A stretch of DNA of 63,740 nucleotides, filler included, from Octopus bimaculoides (taxonomy: Eukaryota), in NCBI RefSeq assembly GCF_001194135.2. It is 5 parts of 5 records of this genome, joined end to end, with 100 filler letters (N's around TTAATTAATTAA, not from the genome) between each part and the next. Parts side by side here need not be neighbours in the genome. Positions count along the whole stretch, not along the records: positions 1 to 25,074 come from NC_068999.1; 4 more parts are not named here. One strand, written 5' to 3'. The notes beneath the pieces are model-generated. The model saw only the letters and a list, made by a program, of their open reading frames with translations, had not been told where the DNA came from and searched no databases. Positions 1 through 12,950 of this stretch are shown here, one piece after another. The translations under genes and the position numbers were made by a program. The number at the start of each line of letters is the position of its first letter. Position 1 is the stretch's first letter.

Positions 1-1392
1 TTATTTAATTTAAACACAACTCAACAAAATGGTGGAGCGCGTCTTGGAAGAGTTGAGAAAAAAGAAAACAACCTCTCCCATGAACCTGGTGACTGCTGAA
101 GATTTCTTTCCACTTCCTTCCATTACTGGCAACAATGCAGGACAGGGGGGGGGGGAAACGAAACCATTACAGCACAAAGTCCACCGTGTAGTAATAGTAG
201 TAGCAACATTGACAGCAACAGCGGTAGCAGAGATAACAGCAGCAGCTTCAACAGTGACAGCAGCTGCAGCAGTAGTAGCAGTGGTAGCAACAGCAGCAAC
301 GAAAGAGACGGCCAGTGCAGCGGCAGTAGTGATAGTAACAACAGCAAAAACTATAGCGAAAGTGACAACAGCAACAGCAACACCAACACCAACAACATCG
401 GCAAGAACAACAACAACAACGGCAGCAGCAGCAGTAACAGCAGCAGCAACAACAACAACAGCAACAACAACGAGAACATTACCAACAACAAAAGCAAGTT
501 TGCGACAGTGAAAGAGAAACAACGCTTTACCATGGACCTCACAAATAGAGACGAAATGCTAATGCAGGCATGGAAACTAATTAAACGAGAGAAAACGTCA
601 GAGGCAATTGAAGCAGTGGAGAGAAGAGCGGTGCTTTTCAGATGCATCTCAGCAGAGACGAAAAGAGTGGCTTTAATAGCCCAAGTAGATATTGAGGCGG
701 CGCAGAGGTGTATTAGAGATGACATCGAGTACATAACGAGGGGCAGACAATACGGCACCATTTCGGTGCTGTTTAAATCAGAAGCCCTCGCTATGAAACA
801 TTCAATGACCCCTTGCAAAACCAGCAAAGTCATTATGTGCCCCTCCCTCATGGGGAAACGTACAGTACGTGTCTGCATTCCGAGGATCCCACCAGGACTT
901 GATATTTGGTGGCTTCCGGGATGCGTAATCGTAGAGGGGACGGATACCGTCCCGATATAGGTGATAAGGACTGACAGGGAGGACTGGTCCGGGACTGACC
1001 GAGAGATACTTCTCCAGATCAGACCTGAAAACAAAATAAAATCCCGGACCACATCCATCTTCAGAGCAAAAGGCCGCATCGTTTGGTGTGTGGAGAAACG
1101 ACGCATTTGCGAGCTTGATGCCCCCAGCTGGTACAAAGTGCAAGGGGTCAAAGGCCTCCACTGCTGCCTACGCCGGGACGAGGACCACAAACAACATCAG
1201 AACCGGCAATACCACCAGCAACACCGCCAAAGACATTGACCACCCTAGGGAGAAACAAGGAAAGCTCTCCAACCCACCTCACACCAAACAAAAATACACA
1301 CATAAACAAGATTATAAACATACACACAGACACAAACATTCTTACAACGACAGACCCCCTCATCTTCCAGTAGTGAAGATGAAGGAAAACCA
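1..1392 (+). mobile_element. Tx1/L1-like non-LTR retrotransposon ORF1 (gag-like) remnant, frameshifted
   Basis: ORFs 29-511 and 508-960 (…PSLMGKRTVRVCIPRIPP…) align by eye with the ORF1 copy at ~10700-10860(-) (…PLYMGRRMTKVRVSDVPP…), which lies upstream of an APE domain. A decayed CX2CX4HX4C knuckle reads KRPHRLVCGETTHLRA*CP at ~1066-1125. Confidence 0.75.
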
Positions 1393-2290
1393 AAAGGTCA
1401 CATGCTTCATGCCCACGTCATCCAACATTTACCTCTACCGCCGCTCTAATCATCCACATCATATAATTCGGTCAAATCCGAAATCCCAATTTTTGAGGAT
1501 AAAACGGATTTGTACTGACATAGGGGATTACTGGAAACCTGCAAATGCTTTTGTTCACCATTATGTCAAATGCGGTTACAGTGAATCACGATTAAAGGAA
1601 ATAGCAAATGAGATAGCTAAGATTAGCAAAGAAAGTCGCATAATTTTACCAAACACAATGCAATATGTAACAGAATTCCTTTAGTGATTAAATGGCACCG
1701 CAATTTCGCTGGCATTTCAAAAGTGTTGCATGAAAGTTACCAGCATGTTGTGGAAAAATATCCTCGTTTTAAACAGATATTTCCTCAGCCGCCTGAAATA
1801 TAAGAGATCTATTGACCTCTATTTCTGACTCCAAGAAAACTAACATTGGAGTATCTGCATGCTGTACCTTGAAAAACAACCGCAAGAGAGGAAAGCCCTG
1901 TTCATTGTGCAACAACATGAGTCAAGTGAATTCCACCAGGAATTATAAGAGAAATGTTATGATTTATACAGAAGGTGAGACATGTAGAGATTCCCATTTG
2001 GTGTACGCGGCAGAATGCATGAAACACAACTTGATTTATGTTGGTTGTACAACAGAATAATTAAACAATAGATTTAATGGACATAGATTTAACGTCAGGC
2101 ACAATAACAGAAGTTCAACAGAACTTGCCGAACTTTTTGTTTCAAACGGCTGCAATTTTGAAGAAGACTTGAAAGTGCATATTCTGAGAAAATTCTGAAT
2201 CTGCTTCCCTTTCAATACTCAAACTGCATGAGGAGAAATATGTTTGCGGGTTATTAGCATCACGCCCTAGAGGAATGAATTTATACAAAA
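1393..2290 (+). mobile_element. Penelope-like element, 5'-truncated: RT C-terminus/thumb plus GIY-YIG endonuclease, decayed
   Basis: YLYRRSNHPHHIIRSNPKSQFLRIKRIC (PLE RT thumb motif), CxxC linker KPCSLC, HLVYAAECMKHNLIYVGCTTE*LNNRFNGH (GIY-YIG), and the terminal …RPRGMN. Confidence 0.88.
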
Positions 2291-2451
2291 CTGTTTGATT
2301 GAATATTCTTCTTTTTCCTTTCTTTTTTTCTGTCTTTTTCTTTTCGCCTGTTATAAAATAGAAACTTAAAGACTGACGTGTGGACGCTGGTTGCTCTCGT
2401 TTATACTTTAGATTTGAATTTCTATAATTTTGTATTTTATATCTTTTTATT

Positions 2452-2494
2452 TTGAACTCGACAAAGACAGGCTTGCTGCCGAAATATCGTTCAA
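2452..2494 (+). ncRNA. Degenerate minimal type-I hammerhead ribozyme-like motif in the PLE 3' region
   Basis: TTGAAC(2452-57)/GTTCAA(2489-94) stem I, GGC-TTGCT-GCC stem II, GAA, palindromic ATAT helix III, C17. The CUGANGA core is corrupted (TCGACAAAGACA). Confidence 0.5.
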
Positions 2495-2589
2495 CCAAAA
2501 AATATCTATTGCAATTGCATTGCGCTCTTCGTCTTGTCTGTTTACCTTTGGGAAGAATTACTTCAATCCTTTTAAAATATAATGATAAT

Positions 2590-3865
2590 AATTTTTTTTA
2601 TTAGCACAAGGGTTTACATTAAGAAAAACATTATGGCCTGTACAATATCGTTCACCATACAACCTCTTTCACCATGGCCACCAGGCATATAAAACGTATC
2701 TTTCCTTCCCGGTTAAAGGAAGGCGGCGGGGCGATCTTCACGATGGGATTCAGTTGACAGCCGGATCCGTCTCACATGAGACAGCAGGTGTGCGACATAA
2801 ACCCACCTGTCATTACTGACATGTGGGTGATGCAGGACTGTCTCGGACACTCTCGGCTGATGGCAAGTTAATCTCGAACAGGCAAAGCTCCCTGGTAGCA
2901 CTGCCAGGCCAGTGATCTTTGGAAATTATTCATTGGTCCCGGGCCGAAAGTTCTCCAGAAAAGAGCGGCTATCTGATCTTCTTCGACGCCCAAAGTCTCT
3001 CCAAGAACGTCGTCGCACTTTTCCTCCGCTAATTCTCTATGAAAAGCTAAAGTGGACGTTCTACCTATCGCACTGTCCGATTGGCTGAGGACTGTGAGCG
3101 CTTGAAGACATTATACTTTCCAGATGCTCCCCCTCGGTTTCTGTATTACCCAGGACTGCAACCCGTTAAAGAAACTAGCTGTGGAAATACGTGTCTGTTA
3201 ACAGTCAAAGAAGCACTGGAGGTGTCGTAGTCGCTGCGCATGCCTGCGCATCTTCAACCACGGCATGCCCAAGCCACCAGGCAGCGGGTATTGACAGCAG
3301 ATAGACCGCCTGACCGTTGGGACGTGTCCCTTCCACAAAAAGCGGGAGAGCATACGCTTCAGCATCATCAGATGGTAGCCAAGACAAGGCACTACGGTCA
3401 AACGATAGTAAATGACGGACGCGATATACGCGTTAGCCACCTCTGCCCGACCTTTAAGGGATAGCTCACTCTCGGCCCATTTCTGGGTGAGAGTAGTGAC
3501 CCTGCTCGTTACCTCGTCCCAGTTTTTGTCCATCTGGAGGTCCGGACCGAACTAGATCCTGAGCAATTTAACTGGTCCGTCCGTCCAGCGCCCGACGACG
3601 TAGTTGAACGGCATGGACTTGCTTCTCCAGGTGCCAAGCCGCAAGCCCACTGATTTTTCCTGGTTAATTGTCGCTCCTGAAACCGCCTCGTAGTCCCTGA
3701 CAGCGGTGCCCATCATTTCTATGTGTTTATGATCTGACACAACTACGGTGACGTCGTCGGCATATACCGACACGCATCTCCCACATCCTAGGCCATACAG
3801 GATGCCTCTCAATGCCTCCAGTTTGTGTATTAGTGGCGCGAGAATCAGTACATACAAAAGAAACG
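2590..3865 (-). mobile_element. Tx1/L1-like LINE ORF2 3' half (RT core to 3' end)
   Basis: LYVLILAPL…VSVYADDVTV (YADD at 3753-3764), LSLKGRAEVANAYIASVIYY, GGLGMP; homologous to 41200-42200(+); AATAAA near the 3' end at ~2600. Confidence 0.9.
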
Positions 3866-3869
3866 AGAG

Positions 3870-5215
3870 GGTTTGATTTTTTTTCTTTCTACTTCTTGTG
3901 TGGATGAAGATTGTTGTTTGTCCATATATTTGTTTTTCTTTCTCTCTTTTCCGTTTTTTAGTTTTCAACTTCCATTCCTCATCTTGGTCCGACTCACCAC
4001 CTGTGATGTCCACCCGCCCCGCATCTGGAAGTGGAACATCTTCGGGCGTTGAGAGGTGTTTGGGAAAACTTGGTGTCGATATGGCTGTTGGTGTTGGTGG
4101 TGCCACGGCTGAATCTGATGGTGGTGATGCTGCTGCTGCTGTTATGGTGACCCTTGTTGGTGTAGGGAGGAGAGGTGTCCATCTTTCTTTTTCCTTCAGT
4201 CTATGGGAAAAGGATTTTAAATGATTTGTTGAAAAGCAAATGTGGCACTAAGCTTTCCTTCCGTCTGCCTTGACTGGAATTATGCTGCCTTCAGGAAGAA
4301 GGATCTGGTCCGGGATGAGATCCACGTTCTTTTGAGTCGTTTGTATGAGGAGTTCTATGGTCATTCCGGACCAGTTCTTCTTTTTGGCCTCGTAGGCTTC
4401 GAGGATTTTTGTATTTGAGCCTCTGTAGCTCTTTCCACCCTCCATTTTAATGCGACTGTACGGTACGTCACTGAGCGACGTATCGTTTCTTGGATTGCCT
4501 CTGGGGGCGGTATTTAGCTTTACAGCCATTCCGTCTCTCTCGACTAGCTGTCTTGGCATTTTAAAGTTCCTTTTCAGAGAATTGTATTCTGTGAAGAGAT
4601 GACTTGGCTGCTCCAGCGAAGGAAAGTTTAGAGCCTTTCCAAGCCGTTGCACCGGTTTGTTTCCCAGTTCTTTCGTTGCATTTGTTGCTGCCATTGTCAC
4701 CTTTGCTACTGTTGTTGTTGTAGTTGTTGATGGTACTGCTGAGGTTGTTGTTGCTGTTGTTACTGCTGTTGCTGATGTTGTTGTTATTTGTTGTACTCGC
4801 CTCGTCCGTTGCTTCGCTCACGAAAGGGCTCTCATTGTTTAAATTTTCGAAATTGCTGTTTTTATTTCGAATAATGTTGTCGAAAACGGAGCGGTTGTTT
4901 TTCCGAGGATCTTCAAGAGATCTTTCTCGAAAAAATTAACCCTGCTGTCTTTTTTGCTCTTTCTTTCAACAAAAATACAGTTGTCTGTTTTTTTGTTTTT
5001 CTTTAGCGCTAAGTCGCACTCTTTCCTTTGACGTTTGGTGACGCTCCACACTTTCCCCCGGTTTGTTGTGTTTTCTCCAGGTTGGTGGGGAAAACGCAAA
5101 CAACTATAACTGAAAAACAAAATCAGAGTTAGGAGGACAAAACAAGTAAATAAACTCACATCTCGGCAACAATTAACCTGTTGTCCACGATGGTACAAAC
5201 TTGAAGGGCGCAAAT
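3870..5215 (-). mobile_element. Second Tx1-like ORF1 remnant
   Basis: ORF 4248-4700 (…NWSGMTIELLIQ…PVKADGRKA) continues past a stop into CHICFSTNHLKSFS, a decayed CCHC knuckle at ~4205-4247. It has an N-terminal CAA/CAG low-complexity tract like the 1-1392 copy. Confidence 0.7.
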
Positions 5216-5759
5216 AAACGTATTATGTATTTTTCTTTATAAAATCCACGGAGCGGAGTAAAGCGAGGCTTGCCAGGCTGACGGCCATTATAATAAGCGA
5301 AGATCCATTGATTTCCTTCTCACTATCTGTCGAACCTATTTACAGACCTGTGGAATTTAGTTTATTCACCAATCTGCTTCTCTTCCTCCTACTATCCCCT
5401 CCTACCCTCTCATATCTATGATTATCTCAAGGACAAAACAAAAGTCGAAACTAAACATCTAATAATACCACACAGTAGTAGGAGCAAAGATGGCAGACTT
5501 AACTAAATAACGGTTTTACTGTCGCCATGGCTACAAAGGTTGGTCACAACGATACAGTGTAAGGTACTATTGGTGCTAACGAACGATGAACAGTGCTGTA
5601 ATGGCAAGGTTAAAATAACTGTAACGGTATTAATGGTAGAGTTTACAATAGTAGCAGAGACAACAACCGTTTCTACATCTGCCACACAAGGCTCGATATT
5701 AATAATTTTAATGTAGCACAAATATGTCATACGAAACAAAAAGGAAAACTACAAAAGTA

Positions 5760-8700
5760 CACCTAATTGCTTGTCCTATAGTTAATCTGGAAGCACGTCC
5801 CCCAGGAGAGAGCTAGCCTGGGGTCGAAAAGTCATCCATTGGCACAAACTCTTCTCTGAATACGAACCTCGATGGTCACTTGAACGAGAACTGCCCCAAC
5901 ACCACACCCATCACAGAAAAGAAAATGTAAGAGGATCGATGGGACCCGAGAAGAGTATACAAAAGTAATATACGCCTATTACTATGCATTAGGCAGGTCA
6001 TCTGAAGAACACAAAATCAAGACAGCAGACTATATTTAGACGAAAACAAGTTAGCAAATGTTAGGAGGGATATCTTCAGAAATAAAAGACTCACAGATAC
6101 TGAAATAACCACGATCAAGCATACAGCGAACCCAAATGTAAGACAGAAAGGAAATAAAGAACTACACATTTACTGAAATTTGTAGTTGTAAGACACGCCC
6201 ATATGCATGATAGAGAACCACTTCATAAACTCTCGAATACAGTCCAAAATAGAAAACAAATCAAAAATAGAAACTATGTTACAAAAGAAATTACACATGA
6301 GCTAAACGCAGATCTCACTGAATTAAACTAAATTATTTATGCAGCTGCTAAGACAATTGAAACCTGTTGCATGTCTCTGAAAGAACAAGGAAATACAAAC
6401 CTGAGAGGAATTCCAAACTGGAGAAGTAAAATTGAGAAAGAGATTGAAATAATGAAAGGTGAAACATGAATCTGTGGAAATTATGTAAAAACCAGAAAAG
6501 GAGGAAAGATGAAGAGAAAACATAGATTCTAACCAAAAGAAAAACTGCTTTCAGCAAAAAAAAAAACACTACAACAAAAAGTTCAAGCAAAAGCTCAAAG
6601 AATACGAAGATTTGAGAAGAGAAACAAGTCTTACAAGCAAAATAAGCGAAAAAATTCTACAGAGAAATAGGGAAGGAAAAAATAACCGTTCAAAGAAGTT
6701 GAAAACTTTAGGAAAATAGCTGGAGTGATGAAAAGAGTTACAATAAAAATGCAGTCTGGATCAGACGCACAGAAGGATCCTACCAAAATTTACCAGAACA
6801 AACACGGGAAGATATCACAATAGCAGACCTAAGAACGACACGAAGGCTCATAAGTAGACGTACCCTGGTAATGATAGGGTGCCAAATTTCTGGCTCACAT
6901 CACTCCCGTGCGCCCACGAAAAGTTAGTCCAGTTATTCAATGAAATTATAAGAGATCCCACGAAAACACCTTGTTGGTTAGCAAGAGGTATTACTTACCT
7001 ACTCCCGAAGAATAATGAACTCAAATTTCCCTATAACATGTCTATCTACCACGTATAAACTTTTAACATCCATCCTCGTGGAGAAAACATACAAATTTAT
7101 GGAATAGATCGATATTTTCCTCACTGAACAAAAGGGGTACTGACGAGGCTTATATAGAGACAAAGGCAATTGCATGATCCTTGAGAAATGTCATAACAAA
7201 CGCAGATATCTCAGTTCTGCATGGATTGATTATAAAAAGGCCTTTGACAGCATACCGCATTCATGGATCTTGAAATCGCTGGATATTTTCAAAGTTTCTC
7301 CTGTGATTTCAAACTTCCTGAAGCACAGCGTGTTAGTGTGGAATACAGATCTCCAGTTATACTACTCTAATGAAGTACTGACCACAGAAAATATTAATAT
7401 CAACTGTGGCCTTTTTCCAAGGTGAGTCACTTTCACCTTTAATTTTTTGCGTAGCCCTAATACCCCTTACAAGTGTAAAATAAGTCATCTATTTTATATG
7501 GATGACTTAAAACTGTATGGCAAAGACGATAATGAGCTTGAAGGACTACTACGTACTGTGAAAGCATTCAGTGATGACATCGGGATGGAATTTGGTCTTG
7601 ATAGATATGCCAAGGCCATTTTCCAGAAAGGGAATTGAAGATCTCATATTCAGTGGTATTGGATGTTCACACAGTCGTAACAGGACTCGAGCAGAAACAA
7701 ACTTGCAAATACCTCGGAATAAATGAGAGCTCTGACATTCAGATCGCAAATATGAAAGAAAAGATTAGGAAGGAATGTAACATGAGAGTTCGAGCAGTCC
7801 AAAAAATCTGAGTTAAATGCACGTAACAAGGTGTTAGCAATAAATTCCATAGCAATCCCGGTTGTTATTTACAGTTTCAATGTGTTAAACTGGAATATGA
7901 GCGAAATAAGCAAGATTGACAGGAAAATCCGTAAGCTGCTGACTTGCAATAAGATGCACCATCCAAAGGCAGACGCAGATCGTCTTTATCAACCCAGAGC
8001 TCAAAGAGGTTGAGGCTTGATCCAATTTAAAGTTTCTTACAAAACCACCACAACTGAAATGGCAAAATATCTTGAAACATCTAACGATCGGATGCTAAAG
8101 ATTGTTGAAAACTATGAAAGATGTATGAAGTTTCATTCTGTTATGAAGGAGAGCAAAAAGTTTTCAAGTGAGATTATGTATAATACCCAGGTTGAACAGA
8201 ATGATGGAAGTGTGGCAACTGTAGTTGCAAAAATGGTGAAATCAATAGCAAAGTAAAATGCGTTTGAACAATTGGCTGATAGATGGGAACAAAGACCTCT
8301 GCATGGCAAATATGTGACCCGTAGCAAATAAGCTGATGTAGACCAGAAACACACCCATCAGTGGCTACGGAGCTCAAGGCTAAAGGAAGAGAGTGAAGGC
8401 TTTATCTTGGCTGCTCAAGGTCAGTGCTTATTGACCCGGAACTATAAAACCAATGTAATGAAAAATGGTGTAGACCCAAAGTGCTGATACTACAACGATG
8501 GGATTGAAACAGTGGACCACCTAATCTCTAGATGTAAGATTTTAGCACCTGTAGAGAACAAATCAAGACATGACAGAGTTGGCCAATATCTACATTGGAT
8601 AATGTGTCGGCACCATAAAATCAAAACTGCTGACAAATGGTACATGCGCCATCTTGAGGCTGTAACTGAGGGAGAAAATGTAACGATTCCTTGGGACTTT

Positions 8701-9165
8701 CCAGTATGTACGGACCAGATCGTCAAAGCAAATAAACCAGATATCGTTGTGAAAGACCAAAACAATAAAAGTCTGTTTATTGATTGGCATGAGTGTGTCC
8801 TGCGACCATAATATCTGGGCAAAAGAATCTGATAAGCTCAGAAAATATAAAGATTTGGTAATCGAAATCGAAAAGAAGTAGCATCTCAAAATGGTTACAA
8901 TACCAGTGATTGCAAGAGCCCTTGCAATGATCAAAGAATGATCAGAAAATTAAGAATGAATCCTGGCTTACCATCCATGCAGGAAGTGCACGTACCGAGA
9001 AGAGCAGTGTCGCTGTGAATCTTTTTCCCTTTCCCCTTTTATTTTCTTTCCAGTTTTTATTTTTTATTATTTCCTTTTTCTCTCAGTCTTTCTTCCCTTT
9101 TTTTCTATCACATGACTTTGTAAATGAACAGTTTGGTGTGTTTATTTTAATGGCCTACCGATGTA
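5760..9165 (+). mobile_element. R4/Dong-like non-LTR retrotransposon (RT, CCHC, restriction-like endonuclease), near full length but pseudogenised
   Basis: WIDYKKAFDSIPHSW, SHLFYMDDLKLYG, AINSIAIPV, HHPKADADRLY, ETVDHLISRC…RHDRVGQYLHW, KPDIVVKD (RLE). Many stops and frameshifts. The 3' UTR piece at 9120-9165 matches 39362-39408(-). Confidence 0.88.
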
Positions 9166-11700
9166 TATAGTATCTAAGATCTCATTCCAGTCGCCCACTA
9201 ACACTAATGAGCGAGATGTCGCTAGGAAGGTCTGCAGGCGTCTAAAAAAATCTGTCTGTCCATCTCCTGTTGGGGCATACATTGTCACTAGTCTAAAAGC
9301 TCCTCCGTTGCCTTCTTTGCTGCTTACGTCCAAGACCAGCATCCTACCAACTGGGTCGAGGAAAACCATATTCACCTTCAAGTCAAGGCCTTTCCGAAAA
9401 AGCACCGCGACGCCATTTGATCTAGGCCGACCAGAGTAGGTATAAATCTCGTAGTCGTTCAGAAAGAGAGCAAGCGATTGCGATTCGGAAATCTTAGTTT
9501 CACTAATGGCTACTGCGTCCAGACATAGTGACCTGAGGTCGTTTATTAGGTGACCCTGTTTCCACACTGCCCTCTAGCCACGAGCATATATACAACCTAT
9601 TTTCACCCTTGGTTTGGGTTGGTTCTTTTTCGGAGCCTTTAAACGGGCCTTCCAATATCCTTTTATCCAAAAGGTTTTTGAACCCCACCCCATATCATGT
9701 GGGAAACGTTTCCTCAGAAAATGATACACAGTGGAAGTTGTTCTAACTAGAACCCTCCCTTCTGGGGTTTTGGAAATGGTGAGAGCATGAAGACCCTCGC
9801 CAGTTGTCTAAATTTTGTCTTTGTTTGTGTCTACAAATTTCATAATTCCCTGTTGTCCTTCCATAATTCAAGAGCTCGTCTGTGTAATTCAAGAGCTCGT
9901 CCGAGAGATGTTGTTCCGCTAGTCCGTCTCTTGTGATTGGTGTGATTGTGTCGTTTTGGTTCTTTTTGTTTCGGCTTCCCCTGCTGCCGATCTTGTTTAT
10001 TCTCTCGCTGTTGCTGAGAATGCTGTTTTATTCCTTGATGTTGTAGTTGATTTATCTCTTGTTGTTGCTGTTGTAGCTGCTGCTGCTGCTGCTGCTGCTA
10101 AGGTTGTTGGCTTGCAGCTTTGGTTTCGAGATTGGTTGCTGCGTTTCGAGATTGGCTGCAGCGAAGCTACTCAGATTCACGCCCACAAACTTTTGGAATT
10201 TAGGGGATACGTCTGTATTTTCTCTCTCCCTTTTCCTTTTTGAGTTTCACTTGACGATCGTCCATTCGGGTGGTTTGTCTGGAGCCTCTTCTATATCCAA
10301 GGAGTCGCTAGGATTTCTTATGGCCTTATTGCTTCTCTGTTCCAGTGGTTGCCAATGCTTTCCTCTTTAGGATTGCAACGGATTTGGCGTTGAGAATATT
10401 GAAGCAGAGTGGGGGCACTTCTCTCGACTTCTCCACAGTGGGGCAGAAAACTTTCAAGTGACTGGTTTTGCCACAGGTGTAACACTTGGGTTTCCTACCC
10501 TCCACGACCACTCGCATCTGCTCGCACTCTCCGAAACAGAAAACGTTCGGAATAGCATGAACTTCCTGAGTAACCAAAACCTGGAACTCCATGGACACCC
10601 CTGTTCTTCTTTGTTAGGGGCTTGATCGTAAGCTTATCACCTCCCCGTTTTCCTCTTACATGGCTATTACTCTGGCCTGGTTTCTATGAGGTGGTACGTC
10701 TGAGACCCTGACTTTGGTCATGCGACGTCCCATGTATAAAGGGAGCATCACGTACTGGTCAAAGGAGCAGGTCATTGTAGTCATCCTACGCGCTTCCTCT
10801 TCGTTACTACAAATAGCTGCCGCGGTCTCATATTGTTTTCCTCGACAGACATAAACTACGGGAGGCTACACCTCCTCTAGCCATTTTTCTATTTCGGATG
10901 GGGAAGGATATAGCGGCTTTCTCTCTCTGCGATTAATGCACTTAGAAAGAAATTTATCGTTCTCTTTTTGGTGGAAATCCTTTCTTCTGGCAGAACCATG
11001 ACGCCGGATCGAATAATATCATTCTGATATTTTTTAACTGGCCCCGCTTTCCCTTGCAAAGAATATGTGGTCCATGTATTTATTATATTTGCGAAAGAAA
11101 TGTTTTCCTTCTGATATGTATTCTCGTTACTGTCTTCGTAAATAACATTAACGTTGATACTGTTGTAGGCGTCAGCGCTTTTGTTGATGCCGATACTTGT
11201 TGCTGAAAATTATATTATCGTTATAGTTGCTGCTGATTTCATTACTACTTTTATCGTTGTTGGTATTGTTCTTGCTGATGTTATTATTGTTGCTGGAGTT
11301 GTCACGGGTCATGTTGATGTTAGTGGTTTTGTTTTGGCTGTTGGCGATGTTGATGATGATGGTGGTGATGGCAGTGGTAGAGTTGGTGTTGGTGGTGGTG
11401 TTATTGCCTGTAGGTTCTTTGCAAAAGTCAAAAGGAGTGGCGACCGATGCGCTTGGTTGACTGCTATGTCTCGGGTCGATTAAAATCGAGGAAACAGATA
11501 CATTTTCTCCTACACTCACTCCTCTGTTTAGACAAGTGCTGGCCATGTTGTGAAAAGGGATAGATTGAAAAATATGTCCGAGAAGGTTTTCGGAACAAGC
11601 GGAAAGCCCATCTCGTGATTGAAATGGGGTGAAACTCTTTCAGAAGATACTTGGATACACAAGTAACGTTAAACCGGAGAGAAGAGGTAGTAGACGTCAT
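9166..11700 (-). mobile_element. Tx1/L1-like LINE 5' half: ORF1 (CCHC) plus APE endonuclease of ORF2, truncated
   Basis: APE ORF 9142-9567 (AISETK, GVAVLF, MYAP, LVGDWNEILD); ORF1 knuckle RKPKCYTCGKTSHLKVFCP (10326-10598). Confidence 0.85.
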
Positions 11701-12244
11701 GCTATATATAATTTGGATGTATTGAAAATTCATAAAGCAAAAAATAAATGAGTATAAAACACAGCAATTAAATCATGATATTTATATATAATTAAACTTC
11801 CTCTTGCGTTGATCCAAGATCTTCCGTGAAAAGTTCTTGTGTTATGGAGGGAAAGCGAGAAGCCACTGTGTAAAGTTTATCCGAGGTTTAAACTGGTTAT
11901 TCTGTCGTTTTATCCCATTTCATTCTCGATCTGTACTTCGTTTGAGTTTCCCTCATCTATATTGCATACAATATGTTTCCCTTAAAATATCTGCTAGAGA
12001 TGTCTCTAATTCATGTGTGGACCCGACCAGAAAATCTATTGTGTCCTTCGCAAGACAGCTGTACGTTATTTTCTCCCTTTGTAATTGTTTATGGAATTGT
12101 GACCCCAGTTTGGTGTATAAAATCTTGTGAAAATTTTTATTTTTCGGGAAAATGTTTCATATCAGTGTTTTGCTGTTGGACAAAACGCTAGCAAAAGACA
12201 GTTCATCATTGTTCGTATTTGCGCCCGAAGCAATGAATGTATAC

Positions 12245-12475
12245 ATATTGCTGTTGACCATGGCTGGAATTGAACTGAGAAGGTAAAGACCCGAATCACA
12301 TACTGCAATGCATTTGGTTCGACGTTTTTACAGTCCCCCGCCTCCTTGAATCCTACTTTTTATCGATCCAGAAGTATGAAAAGCTACTTAACCTTGGTGA
12401 GATTTGAACTCAGAACGGAAAGAGTCGAAATAAATACTGTGAAGTAACCAATCCGATCAGCTAACTGTAATCAGT
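12245..12475 (-). mobile_element. tRNA-derived SINE family B, two decayed tandem units
   Basis: Reverse complement contains GTTCTGAGTTCAAATCTC (B-box) and family body shared with 53440-53880. Confidence 0.6.
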
Positions 12476-12544
12476 CTTTCACATTTTCGTCTGATTTTCA
12501 CTGCTTTTGGATTTATCTTCCATTTAAGATTTCTGAAAACAATC

Positions 12545-12894
12545 TATGAAGTAGAACTGAAAACAGTTATCCGAAAAGGATCTGTAAAGGGATTAATGTT
12601 TTAAAAAGACTCGATGCGGGAGAAAAGCTTAGTTATATTGCCAAGATATTAAATCTTGCAACGGCTAAAGTGAGAACAATACGTAACAACAGAGAAAAAA
12701 TTGTCAAATGCTCAAGATCTCCGTTGACAATCGGCCCTTTTTTTTTTGCCATAGATCTTATGTAATATTTAAAATGGAACAACTCTTGAGCGTATGGATC
12801 AAGGATCAGAATCAGAGAGAGAGAAAGGGAAAGAGAGAAGCAGAGGGGGAAAGAGAGAGAGAGAGAGAGAGAGAGAAAGGGAAAGAGAGAAGCA

Positions 12895-12950
<56 letters not shown>

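Noticed and set aside
5235-5290. GC-rich segment resembling an HDV-like ribozyme start (GGCCGTC…AGCCTCGC) on the - strand
   Set aside because: No complementary P1 3' strand or nested pseudoknot could be built.
5799-5823. CCCCAGG/CCTGGGG hairpin near the 5' end of the R4/Dong copy
   Set aside because: A single 7-bp stem is insufficient to call a 5' ribozyme.
9142-9165. C-terminal IYIGRPLK of the APE ORF
   Set aside because: It is antisense R4/Dong 3' UTR (matches 39362-39408), not APE sequence; the ORF simply reads through the junction.
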